The notes below the pieces were generated by a model, which was not told the origin of the DNA, ran no database searches, and saw only the letters and a program-made list of their open reading frames with translations. This document shows, one piece after another, positions 1 through 6,689 of a DNA stretch of 64,000 bases. The DNA comes from a virus. The stretch spans positions 1-64,000 of the IMG/VR virus record IMGVR_UViG_3300019776_000657; one strand, 5' to 3'. Positions within the stretch are counted from its first letter, which is position 1; every line of letters starts with the position of its first letter. The translations under genes and the position numbers were made by a program.

Positions 1-2
1 AT

Positions 3-99
3 GGGTCTGTAGCTTAATGGTAAAGAAACGAGCTTATACCTCGTCAAGCAGCGGCCAGATAAGCCGCCGTTGGGGGTTCGAGTCCCTCCAGACCTACCA
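3..99 (+). tRNA. tRNA-Ile(UAU) with an atypical 27-nt variable arm
   Basis: Acceptor GGGTCTG/CAGACCT + A-CCA; anticodon arm ACGAG-CTTATAC-CTCGT; T arm GGGGG-TTCGAGT-CCCTC; V-arm stem GCGGC/GCCGC. Confidence 0.85.
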
Positions 100-103
100 T
101 ATC

Positions 104-180
104 GGGCTGTTAACTCAGTTGGTCAGAGTAGCCGACTCATAATCGGTTAGTCGTTGGTTCGAGCCCAACACAGCCTACCA
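104..180 (+). tRNA. tRNA with CAU anticodon, most likely Ile2 (lysidine type)
   Basis: GGGCTGT/ACAGCCT + ACCA; anticodon arm GCCGA-CTCATAA-TCGGT resembles bacterial Ile2 more than Met. Confidence 0.85.
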
Positions 181-194
181 AACAAGGAAGTATT

Positions 195-572
195 GTGGAT
201 AAAGAAACAGCAGATAAGTTGAACGAAATCAGTGACTATTTTAACGAAGCCATGGAAGAGCTCAAGACTGAACAAGAGGCCTATTGGAATTCATTGAGTA
301 AAGAAGACCAGCTAAAAGTGTTTTGTGCGGTCGTGCGTCGCATTCACAAGGGCGATATTGTAGATAAGGGCAGCTACAGATACGTACTATACCAGGTATT
401 TGACTTTGGCCCTGAAAGCTATGCACAAGCACAAATGGCTGGCTATTTAGCACTCCACAATTCTATCTTTGATGGTGAACATGAGCGTGACACCTTGAAG
501 GCTTTTGCAACTCAAGTTGGAGTAGAAGACCCTGAACAGGCTGTTCACGATTTTTACCGTGGCAGACTATAA
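195..572 (+). CDS. hypothetical protein
   Basis: 125-aa ORF, GTG start with upstream AAGGAAG. Confidence 0.7.
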   Translation: MDKETADKLNEISDYFNEAMEELKTEQEAYWNSLSKEDQLKVFCAVVRRIHKGDIVDKGSYRYVLYQVFDFGPESYAQAQMAGYLALHNSIFDGEHERDTLKAFATQVGVEDPEQAVHDFYRGRL

Positions 573-582
573 GGAGAACAAA

Positions 583-783
583 ATGCCATGCTATAAGTGT
601 AGTAACGGAAAGTATAAATACGGAGAACGTGGGCGCTGTCAGTTTGACACGCTCTCCAGCTGTGAAGCAGCTGAACGAGCAATTCATGCTCGCGAAGGTG
701 ACAAGGCTAAAAAAGAACTGTCGCCTTGTGACGATTGTAAAAAGACTCTTGAAACCAAAGGCGTCAAGAGTTATAATATATAA
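583..783 (+). CDS. small Cys-rich hypothetical protein
   Basis: AAGGAG RBS before ATG 583; CxxC motifs at both ends. Confidence 0.6.
   Translation: MPCYKCSNGKYKYGERGRCQFDTLSSCEAAERAIHAREGDKAKKELSPCDDCKKTLETKGVKSYNI
749..777 (+). promoter_or_regulatory. sigma70-type promoter, probably giving a leaderless mRNA for 784..1092
   Basis: TTGAAA-17nt-TATAAT, ATG 6 nt after the -10. Confidence 0.7.
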
Positions 784-1092
784 ATGACGAAACGATACCA
801 GATCACAGCCATAATTTATGACAAGCGTGGTAGAGTGATGAGTGTGGGTAAGAACTCTTACGTTAAAACTCACCCACTTCAAGCAGCCCACGCTAAACGG
901 GCCGGGGAACCGAATAAAGTGTTTCTTCACGCGGAGATTCATGCTATATCATTATGCCGTGACTTGACAAAGGCACACAGCATGAAGATATTCCGATTCT
1001 TGGAAGACGGTTCCCCGGCCTTGGCTCGGCCTTGTGTAGTATGCAACAGTGCTATTAAAGCATCTGGTATCGAAATAGTCGACCATACATGA
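784..1092 (+). CDS. CMP/dCMP-type zinc deaminase
   Basis: HAE and PCxxC zinc-binding motifs (LHAEIHA...ARPCVVC). Confidence 0.85.
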   Translation: MTKRYQITAIIYDKRGRVMSVGKNSYVKTHPLQAAHAKRAGEPNKVFLHAEIHAISLCRDLTKAHSMKIFRFLEDGSPALARPCVVCNSAIKASGIEIVDHT

Positions 1093-1283
1093 AATTTATA
1101 GAACACCTAAAGTATACCAGGATAGAGCTTGAAACAGAAGACGGTACAGTTTATGCCACTAATGAAAATGGCTCTAGCTGGGAATGTCTTTATGGTCAAA
1201 GCTGGGAGCCTGTATACTTGGACGAAGAAGAACGCTGCTCAAAGGCGTTCAAAGAATACTTTTCCTTGATAGCTCAGAGGTAG
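1089..1283 (+). CDS. hypothetical protein
   Basis: ATGA-coupled to the deaminase; 3' end overlaps tRNA-Asn. Confidence 0.6.
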   Translation: MKFIEHLKYTRIELETEDGTVYATNENGSSWECLYGQSWEPVYLDEEERCSKAFKEYFSLIAQR

Positions 1284-1337
1284 AGCAAACGGCTGTTAAC
1301 CGTTGGGTCCGTGGTTCGATCCCACGTCGAGGAGCCA
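1263..1337 (+). tRNA. tRNA-Asn(GUU)
   Basis: TCCTTGA/TCGAGGA + GCCA; anticodon arm AACGG-CTGTTAA-CCGTT. Confidence 0.93.
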
Positions 1338-1338
1338 T

Positions 1339-1430
1339 AGTGAGTTGGATGAGAGGCTTATATCACTTTCCTGCTAAGAAAGAGATTCAGGAAACTGGAT
1401 CCGTGGGTTCGAATCCCACACTCACTGCCA
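1339..1430 (+). tRNA. tRNA-Ser(GCU)
   Basis: AGTGAGT/ACTCACT + GCCA; CTTTC-CTGCTAA-GAAAG; long variable arm. Confidence 0.92.
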
Positions 1431-1475
1431 GTTTTGTCACCGCGGGTATTCCGCATTTTTACCAAAGGTAATTTT

Positions 1476-1616
1476 ATGAAGAAGTTTATCCTATCCCTAG
1501 CCGGCTTAGCAGGAGCTGCAGCTCCTGCCCCTGCAAAGGCTGCTTCAGCCCCTAAGAAGGCAGCTTCAGCTCCTGCTAAGCCTGCTAGTGCTCCTGCTAA
1601 GCCTGCCAGCAAGTAA
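1476..1616 (+). CDS. small Ala/Pro/Lys-rich protein with signal-peptide-like N-terminus
   Basis: MKKFILSLAGLAGAAA followed by K[AP]ASAP[AK] repeats. Confidence 0.65.
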   Translation: MKKFILSLAGLAGAAAPAPAKAASAPKKAASAPAKPASAPAKPASK

Positions 1617-1617
1617 T

Positions 1618-1764
1618 ATGAGTAACAAGGTCTATCAGTGTTCCATCTGTGAGCATCAACACGATGAGGAGATCGACGGTCCTTGGGAAAATCTTTCCAA
1701 GTACTGGAACTGCCCTGAGTGTGGCTGTGCAAAAGAAGAGTATGTCGAAGTAACATTTGATTGA
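1618..1764 (+). CDS. rubredoxin-like protein (48 aa, not in the ORF track)
   Basis: Manual translation MSNKVYQCSICEHQHDEEIDGPWENLSKYWNCPECGCAKEEYVEVTFD: YxCxxC...W..L...WxCPxCG..K..Y rubredoxin pattern. Confidence 0.85.
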   Translation: MSNKVYQCSICEHQHDEEIDGPWENLSKYWNCPECGCAKEEYVEVTFD

Positions 1765-1765
1765 C

Positions 1766-1858
1766 ATGGAATTTCTACAATTATTTGACGACATGCCCCT
1801 AGGCTACCTAGTCTGGGGATTTGATAGATATGGGTTTGTTGTAGTTGTAGAGGTTTAA
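1766..1858 (+). CDS. 30-aa hypothetical protein
   Basis: MEFLQLFDDMPLGYLVWGFDRYGFVVVVEV; fills the gap between rubredoxin and tRNA-Gly. Confidence 0.4.
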   Translation: MEFLQLFDDMPLGYLVWGFDRYGFVVVVEV

Positions 1859-1859
1859 T

Positions 1860-1937
1860 GCGGGCAGACAGGTGAAGGGGCCACCAGCAGCCTTCCAAGC
1901 TGAAGATCGCGGAGTTCGACTCTCCCTGCCCGCTCCA
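1860..1937 (+). tRNA. tRNA-Gly(UCC), non-canonical (possible 8/4 fold)
   Basis: GCGGGCA(G)/(C)TGCCCGC + TCCA; CAGC-CTTCCAA-GCTG; T stem GGAG/CTCC. Confidence 0.8.
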
Positions 1938-1949
1938 ACAATTATTGAC

Positions 1950-1978
1950 TTGAACTACCCAACTGTTTGGATTATAAT
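1950..1978 (+). promoter_or_regulatory. sigma70-type promoter
   Basis: TTGAAC-17nt-TATAAT. Confidence 0.65.
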
Positions 1979-1980
1979 AT

Positions 1981-2139
1981 ATGGATAAAGAGTACTTTGT
2001 TTTCAAAACAATCTTGACTGCACTAGACCTAAACTTGGTAGGCGAAGGCCTACGAAACTTTGTTATGAGCAGTACTGGTTGTACTCTTGAACTTTTTGAA
2101 CAGGTCTATGAACAAATCCAAGCAGCTTGGATGAAATAA
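1981..2139 (+). CDS. 52-aa hypothetical protein (not in the ORF track)
   Basis: MDKEYFVFKTILTALDLNLVGEGLRNFVMSSTGCTLELFEQVYEQIQAAWMK; stop abuts the next ATG. Confidence 0.55.
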   Translation: MDKEYFVFKTILTALDLNLVGEGLRNFVMSSTGCTLELFEQVYEQIQAAWMK

Positions 2140-2140
2140 T

Positions 2141-2545
2141 ATGAGAAAACCTCACTACACTAATACTACTAACCCAGTCAACTTTCCAAAAGATGCCTGG
2201 CCGTTCCCCACTAAAACACAACCTTATGCAATGAAAACCAACACTGTTCAAGACGACATGAGTGACTTTGATATCCGAATTTGTCATGGTTATAATCGTC
2301 ATGACAATCGTGGTGGTGTTACCATTGCCTACCGTAAATGTAGCAACTGGCGTAATACTAGAATGGTAGAGGTTGCCCTAGCCTATTGTTCACCAAAAGA
2401 CAGCTTCAACAAGAAGATTGGCGTTGAACTGGCCGTAGAACGTTTTGTCAATGGCAACACTGTAATGGTTCCTGTTCGTCAAGGACACGATGATACCATT
2501 GTAGGCAATCTATTAGCCATGTTTTACCACGATATCATTGCATGA
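2141..2545 (+). CDS. hypothetical protein
   Basis: 134-aa ORF; CSPKDSFNKKIG motif typical of small phage proteins. Confidence 0.7.
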   Translation: MRKPHYTNTTNPVNFPKDAWPFPTKTQPYAMKTNTVQDDMSDFDIRICHGYNRHDNRGGVTIAYRKCSNWRNTRMVEVALAYCSPKDSFNKKIGVELAVERFVNGNTVMVPVRQGHDDTIVGNLLAMFYHDIIA

Positions 2546-2550
2546 TGTAC

Positions 2551-2561
2551 GCCCCTGTGGT
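2551..2561 (+). pseudogene. possible 5' stub of a disrupted tRNA-Leu
   Basis: GC-rich GCCCCTGTGGT resembles a tRNA-Leu 5' end and lies just before the AT-rich HNH insert. Confidence 0.35.
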
Positions 2562-2576
2562 ACATAAAATTTTAGA

Positions 2577-2605
2577 TTGACATTTTATTTCCCATGTTAT
2601 ATAAT
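2577..2605 (+). promoter_or_regulatory. consensus sigma70 promoter of the HNH gene
   Basis: TTGACA-17nt-TATAAT. Confidence 0.8.
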
Positions 2606-2624
2606 ATAATTTTGGGAGACACTA

Positions 2625-3230
2625 ATGACAATAGCAGAATTAATAATAGCAAAAAACAATTTACCGTTTATCTGGAAGAAAAAACACGGTAATTCTCCGG
2701 AAATAACCACTAAGTCTTTTATAAATGTCCTAATACATTCAGATTCTACTGTAGAGGTGTCTGAGCTGTTAGGTATAGGTGAACAAACAGTAAACAGAAG
2801 TATTGTTAAACAACTAAGACCAATATTTGGCAAATTGAACGGCGGAAATGAAACCTGGAAGTATATACTACTAAATTCAATAGAGTATAAACAGTGCCAT
2901 ACTTGTACAGAGATAAAGCCGTACTCAAAATTTGGTAATGATAAATCCACACCTGATGGTAAATACCATAAATGCAGGTACTGTAGATCTTTTGATAATG
3001 CTTCGCTATATCAAGCCAGAAAACTGAGAATACCTAGCTGGCACGCCCAAGAAAAAACTAAGATAGCTGAGTTTTACGATAACTGCCCAGAAGGGTATCA
3101 TGTAGACCACATAATACCGCTACAGGGCGCAAATGTTTCTGGATTACATACCCTGAATAATTTGCAGTATCTACCCGCTAAGGACAATGTCCTAAAAGGG
3201 AACTCATTTGATATTATGGGGGATTGGTGA
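2625..3230 (+). CDS. HNH homing endonuclease
   Basis: CxxC...CxxC zinc finger and HVDHIIPL...GLH...NLQYL...N motif; AT-rich; stop lies inside tRNA-Leu. Confidence 0.88.
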   Translation: MTIAELIIAKNNLPFIWKKKHGNSPEITTKSFINVLIHSDSTVEVSELLGIGEQTVNRSIVKQLRPIFGKLNGGNETWKYILLNSIEYKQCHTCTEIKPYSKFGNDKSTPDGKYHKCRYCRSFDNASLYQARKLRIPSWHAQEKTKIAEFYDNCPEGYHVDHIIPLQGANVSGLHTLNNLQYLPAKDNVLKGNSFDIMGDW

Positions 3231-3300
3231 AATTGGCAAACACACTTCTCTTAAACAGAAGCACTTCGGTTTGTGGGTTCGAGTCCCTCATCCCCCACCA
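3218..3300 (+). tRNA. tRNA-Leu(UAA)
   Basis: GGGGGAT/ATCCCCC + ACCA; CTTCT-CTTAAAC-AGAAG; variable arm. Confidence 0.9.
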
Positions 3301-3304
3301 ACAC

Positions 3305-3335
3305 AAGCCACAGCAGAACTTGCTGTGGCTTTTTT
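3305..3335 (+). terminator. intrinsic terminator
   Basis: AAGCCACAGCA-GAACT-TGCTGTGGCTT followed by T run. Confidence 0.75.
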
Positions 3336-3365
3336 CGCTTTTAATTTTAACCACGAGAGAAAATA

Positions 3366-3668
3366 ATGGAACTATATTTTGGTGTTGTAGATTTTGAAGA
3401 GTTTGACAACGTTGATCCCAGTGACACATTTCAACACAATGGTAAGCACTACTGGTATAGCGCTGTGATTGATGAGGATCAGATCTGTTTCTATGATACC
3501 TGCGGACGGCATTTTCCCATTGCACTAGAAAATGCCCATGAAGCAGATATGGCTTTGTTTGCAGCTAAAAAGATGCATGGCATGCTTAAAGAATGTGATC
3601 AGGTTCGTGAGCGTGTAATGAATGAAGTAGATCAAGTCATTGATTTCTTTGAAAAGGGCAGCCGTTGA
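3366..3668 (+). CDS. hypothetical protein
   Basis: 100-aa ORF overlapping the thyX start. Confidence 0.7.
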   Translation: MELYFGVVDFEEFDNVDPSDTFQHNGKHYWYSAVIDEDQICFYDTCGRHFPIALENAHEADMALFAAKKMHGMLKECDQVRERVMNEVDQVIDFFEKGSR

Positions 3669-4336
3669 ATAGTGTAAAATTGGTAGGGGTCACAGAGAGT
3701 AAGATCCCAGAAGTCCCAACTGTCAATGACATGTTGGCCTATATTGCCAGAGTAAGCAATCCCAACAACCAGCTTAACACAGAAACTGCTCCAAAGCTAT
3801 TGAAGTACTTGGTGAAACATCAACACTGGAGTCCATTTGAAATGGCTCACATGGTGGTGGAGATCAATACCACTCGTGACATTGCTCGCCAGATCCTACG
3901 TCATCGCAGCTTTAGCTTTCAAGAGTTTAGCCAGCGTTATGCTAGAGCAGATGACTTGGGCTTTGATATTCGTGAAGCACGAATGCAGGACGAAAAGAAT
4001 CGTCAAGCAAGTTTGGAGACTGATGATCGAGAACTACGAAAAGTATGGGAAGCACAACAGCAAGACGTACTTCGAACAGTAAAGCGAGCCTATACTTGGG
4101 CATTGACAAATGGCATTGCCAAAGAACAGGCTAGAGCAGTATTGCCAGAAGGCCTGACACAGAGTCGATTATACATGGCTGGAAGTGTTCGTAGTTGGAT
4201 TCACTACTGTTTGCTACGAACAGACATGGCTACACAAAAGGAACACCGCGATGTAGCCCAAAAGTGCTTGGATGTGTTACTAACACAGTTTCCAGCATTG
4301 AAAGATGTATTGAACAATGAAATTCAGCAACAGTGA
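3665..4336 (+). CDS. thyX: FAD-dependent thymidylate synthase ThyX
   Basis: HWSPFE and RHRSFSFQEFSQRY signature. Confidence 0.96.
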   Translation: MNSVKLVGVTESKIPEVPTVNDMLAYIARVSNPNNQLNTETAPKLLKYLVKHQHWSPFEMAHMVVEINTTRDIARQILRHRSFSFQEFSQRYARADDLGFDIREARMQDEKNRQASLETDDRELRKVWEAQQQDVLRTVKRAYTWALTNGIAKEQARAVLPEGLTQSRLYMAGSVRSWIHYCLLRTDMATQKEHRDVAQKCLDVLLTQFPALKDVLNNEIQQQ

Positions 4337-4571
4337 GTTCAATCCATTAATCAAGGTACTAGAACTATTTGAAGATGACAGCGACTACTTGACCCTAGAA
4401 GTATTGCAGACTTTTACCACCCTATTAACCTACGGTGGTGTGGTCTGTGAAACCACAGACGAAGCAATTGCTTGTATTGCAGAACTGGAAGATTTAGGAT
4501 TGGTAACAGTCACAGAAACAACAGAAGACAACAAAACTCTTTTTAAAGTAAAATCAAATTATGGCAAATAA
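4317..4571 (+). CDS. hypothetical protein
   Basis: overlapping ORF in the operon. Confidence 0.6.
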   Translation: MKFSNSEFNPLIKVLELFEDDSDYLTLEVLQTFTTLLTYGGVVCETTDEAIACIAELEDLGLVTVTETTEDNKTLFKVKSNYGK

Positions 4572-4944
4572 AGGTGGTGGCGCTAGCAAAGTAGGCCAGG
4601 CTAATAGTTACAAGGCAAACAAAACTTGGGAACGCAATCGTACTCGTCGATTGAAGAAGCTGTTGACAACCCAACCCAATAACGAACAGATTTTGAAAGC
4701 CCTGGGTAATATTCACTATCGTCGCAAGACTCCTACAACACCTTTCTGGTCAAAGAGCATGATCAACCAGGCCAGGTTATTCATGATGTTTTGTGGAAAA
4801 GTAGACATGAATATGTTTTCTAAGAATGAAAAGTTGAGTGGTCCAGCACTGATGACCAAGGGTCCTAACGCCGAGTTCAAGGCACAACCCACAAATGAAA
4901 AGACAATGTTTAACTTGGGAACACGGGCACGGTGGTATCAATGA
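4561..4944 (+). CDS. basic hypothetical protein
   Basis: 127-aa Lys/Arg-rich ORF. Confidence 0.7.
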   Translation: MANKGGGASKVGQANSYKANKTWERNRTRRLKKLLTTQPNNEQILKALGNIHYRRKTPTTPFWSKSMINQARLFMMFCGKVDMNMFSKNEKLSGPALMTKGPNAEFKAQPTNEKTMFNLGTRARWYQ

Positions 4945-5201
4945 CAGGACTGTCTTTTTATGTGTTGTGTGCCATCACCACAGGTTTGGTGGCAGTGTAT
5001 GAACTGTTTTGGCCTGTTATTACACAACTAAAAATTACTCACCAGGAACTCAGTGTGGTACGTTATTCAAAGTTAACCTTGACCTCATTTTTTGTGTTGA
5101 GTGTGTTGGTGGCCCCACTAATACTGCCTGCTTGTATTATTCCCAGTAAAGGCGAGCGTTTCCGTCAAGCACTGGTTACGAACCTGGAAAAAAGCAATTA
5201 A
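4941..5201 (+). CDS. hypothetical membrane protein
   Basis: two hydrophobic segments; ATGA overlap with the previous gene. Confidence 0.65.
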   Translation: MTGLSFYVLCAITTGLVAVYELFWPVITQLKITHQELSVVRYSKLTLTSFFVLSVLVAPLILPACIIPSKGERFRQALVTNLEKSN

Positions 5202-5210
5202 ATTTCTCAC

Positions 5211-5239
5211 TCGACAAGAGGTGCTATTTCTACTATAAT
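5211..5239 (+). promoter_or_regulatory. sigma70-type promoter upstream of the 5265 ORF and tmRNA
   Basis: TCGACA-17nt-TATAAT with AT-rich upstream element. Confidence 0.6.
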
Positions 5240-5264
5240 AGTTGTTCTTTAACGGTAGACAACC

Positions 5265-5537
5265 ATGAAACTGAAGACATTTGTATACGAAGATTTGAAG
5301 GGCAAGATTAGTAACCGCACAGTATTGGTGGTTCAAGAACCAACCAGTAAACTGAGTGGTATTGATGTAACAGAAGCTAACGATGAAGTCATTGTTAACT
5401 TTGCCTTGGCATACGAAACCGCACGTCAAGCATTCTTGGCAGAAGTGAGTGCACTGCAAGCTCAGTATGACCTGGTTCACCGGTTCCGTCAGTTCTTTGA
5501 GACTAAAATGGATGCGGTAACAGTAGAAGAACTTTGA
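5265..5537 (+). CDS. hypothetical protein
   Basis: 90-aa ORF after the promoter. Confidence 0.7.
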   Translation: MKLKTFVYEDLKGKISNRTVLVVQEPTSKLSGIDVTEANDEVIVNFALAYETARQAFLAEVSALQAQYDLVHRFRQFFETKMDAVTVEEL

Positions 5538-5601
5538 TGGTTGTAATCCCTTCGGATCGAAGGCGTGTTGGACGAGGGTTCGATTCCCTCCAGGTCCACC
5601 A
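5538..5601 (+). ncRNA. ssrA: two-piece (permuted) tmRNA, acceptor piece
   Basis: GGAC-GAGGG-TTCGATT-CCCTC T arm, then CAGGTCC-A-CCA; upstream part complementary to helix 2 of the coding piece. Confidence 0.9.
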
Positions 5602-5612
5602 AAAAGGATTGT

Positions 5613-5768
5613 ATGACAATATTTGACTTACCCTGGTGGCAACAAGCCGTGGGATATGCAGTCTGGATCAATTATTTTTATTGGTTTTACGTACATCCGA
5701 TTCTTTTTGATGGGCCTGACCAGGTTTCGACAGCGCGAGATAGTGAAGACGGCAACTCGGCAATGTGA
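5613..5768 (+). CDS. 51-aa aromatic/hydrophobic ORF in the tmRNA spacer, reading into the coding piece
   Basis: AAGGA SD at 5604-5608; MTIFDLPWWQQAVGYAVWINYFYWFYVHPILFDG... Confidence 0.45.
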   Translation: MTIFDLPWWQQAVGYAVWINYFYWFYVHPILFDGPDQVSTARDSEDGNSAM

Positions 5769-5910
5769 AAGCCGTAGGGTTGGGATAACCCGGCCGAAGC
5801 AGCAAAAAACTTAAATGCCAATGATGCATTTTACGGAGAACTTAGCTTAGCAGCTTAAGTCTTCGGGCGGTTTGAAAAGGTTATCCGTCTTACCAAAAAC
5901 CTTTTCAAAT
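5712..5910 (+). ncRNA. ssrA: two-piece tmRNA, coding piece; tag (A)ANDAFYGELSLAA at 5817-5858
   Basis: 5' GGGCCTGACCAGGTTTCGAC; pairs with 5591-5597 with a G3:U70 wobble; TTAAAT-GCC resume context; pseudoknot 5865-5909. Confidence 0.9.
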
Positions 5911-5947
5911 AATATCTTAAAAATGACAATGATAAATAAATTTGTAT

Positions 5948-5976
5948 TTGCTATTTTTAAGCTATTATAGTATAAT
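5948..5976 (+). promoter_or_regulatory. sigma70-type promoter of the GIY-YIG gene
   Basis: TTGCTA-17nt-TATAAT preceded by AAATAAATTTGTA. Confidence 0.65.
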
Positions 5977-5999
5977 ACTTCTATGTGCTGGAGGTATTT

Positions 6000-6689
6000 A
6001 TGACAATAGGTATTTATAAGTTAATTTTTTCCGGATTAGAAGATTGGCCTTATGTGGGGCAGTCTTCTAACATTGAACAAAGGTTTCATGGACATTGTTC
6101 AGATCTTAAACATGGCAAATCAAACTTTAAGATGCAAGAAGCATACGCTATGTCAGGATCACCAAGTCTCTACATTGTAGAAGAATGCAGTATTGAACAG
6201 CTTAACTCAAGAGAAATTTTTTGGATAAAAAGACTAAATTCTGTTGATAATGGCCTAAATTTAACTGATAAATGTGTTAATAATGGCATCGGAGAAGAGA
6301 ACTTTAGAAGTAAATATTCCAATTCTATTATAGAGAATGTATTTTTTACTATTGTTAATAATCCTGACAAAAATCTAAAAGAAATAGCAACTATTGTTGG
6401 GTTGGAGCATTCGATACTTGCCAGTATAGCCAACGGATTAAACCATACATGGTTGAAAGAAAAGTACCCTACAGAATATGAAGTAATGTTACGACAAAAT
6501 CGTAGGGGATTAAATACAGCCAAATATCAGGGCATAGAATATCCGGCCATAAAATCTCCTGATGGACATGTATATAACATTACTAATCTGCAAAAATTTT
6601 GTAGAGATCATGATCTACAACCTTCTTGTATACATGGCGTTTTGCATGGTAATAGAAAATCACACAAAAAATGGAAGTTAGCAGCCTGA
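6000..6689 (+). CDS. GIY-YIG homing endonuclease (Seg-like) ending in LAA
   Basis: GIY...YVGQS..I..R...H, later E..WI...N....G.N; C-terminal DNA-binding repeats; AT-rich. Confidence 0.9.
   Translation: MTIGIYKLIFSGLEDWPYVGQSSNIEQRFHGHCSDLKHGKSNFKMQEAYAMSGSPSLYIVEECSIEQLNSREIFWIKRLNSVDNGLNLTDKCVNNGIGEENFRSKYSNSIIENVFFTIVNNPDKNLKEIATIVGLEHSILASIANGLNHTWLKEKYPTEYEVMLRQNRRGLNTAKYQGIEYPAIKSPDGHVYNITNLQKFCRDHDLQPSCIHGVLHGNRKSHKKWKLAA

Noticed and set aside
1184-1471. 95-aa ORF and antisense ORFs 1358..1756 and 3214..3525
   Set aside because: They run across tRNA genes or better-supported small genes
5565-5814. ORF-track calls 5565..5768 (long form) and 5623..5814
   Set aside because: They overlap tmRNA structure; only the SD-led ATG at 5613 is plausible
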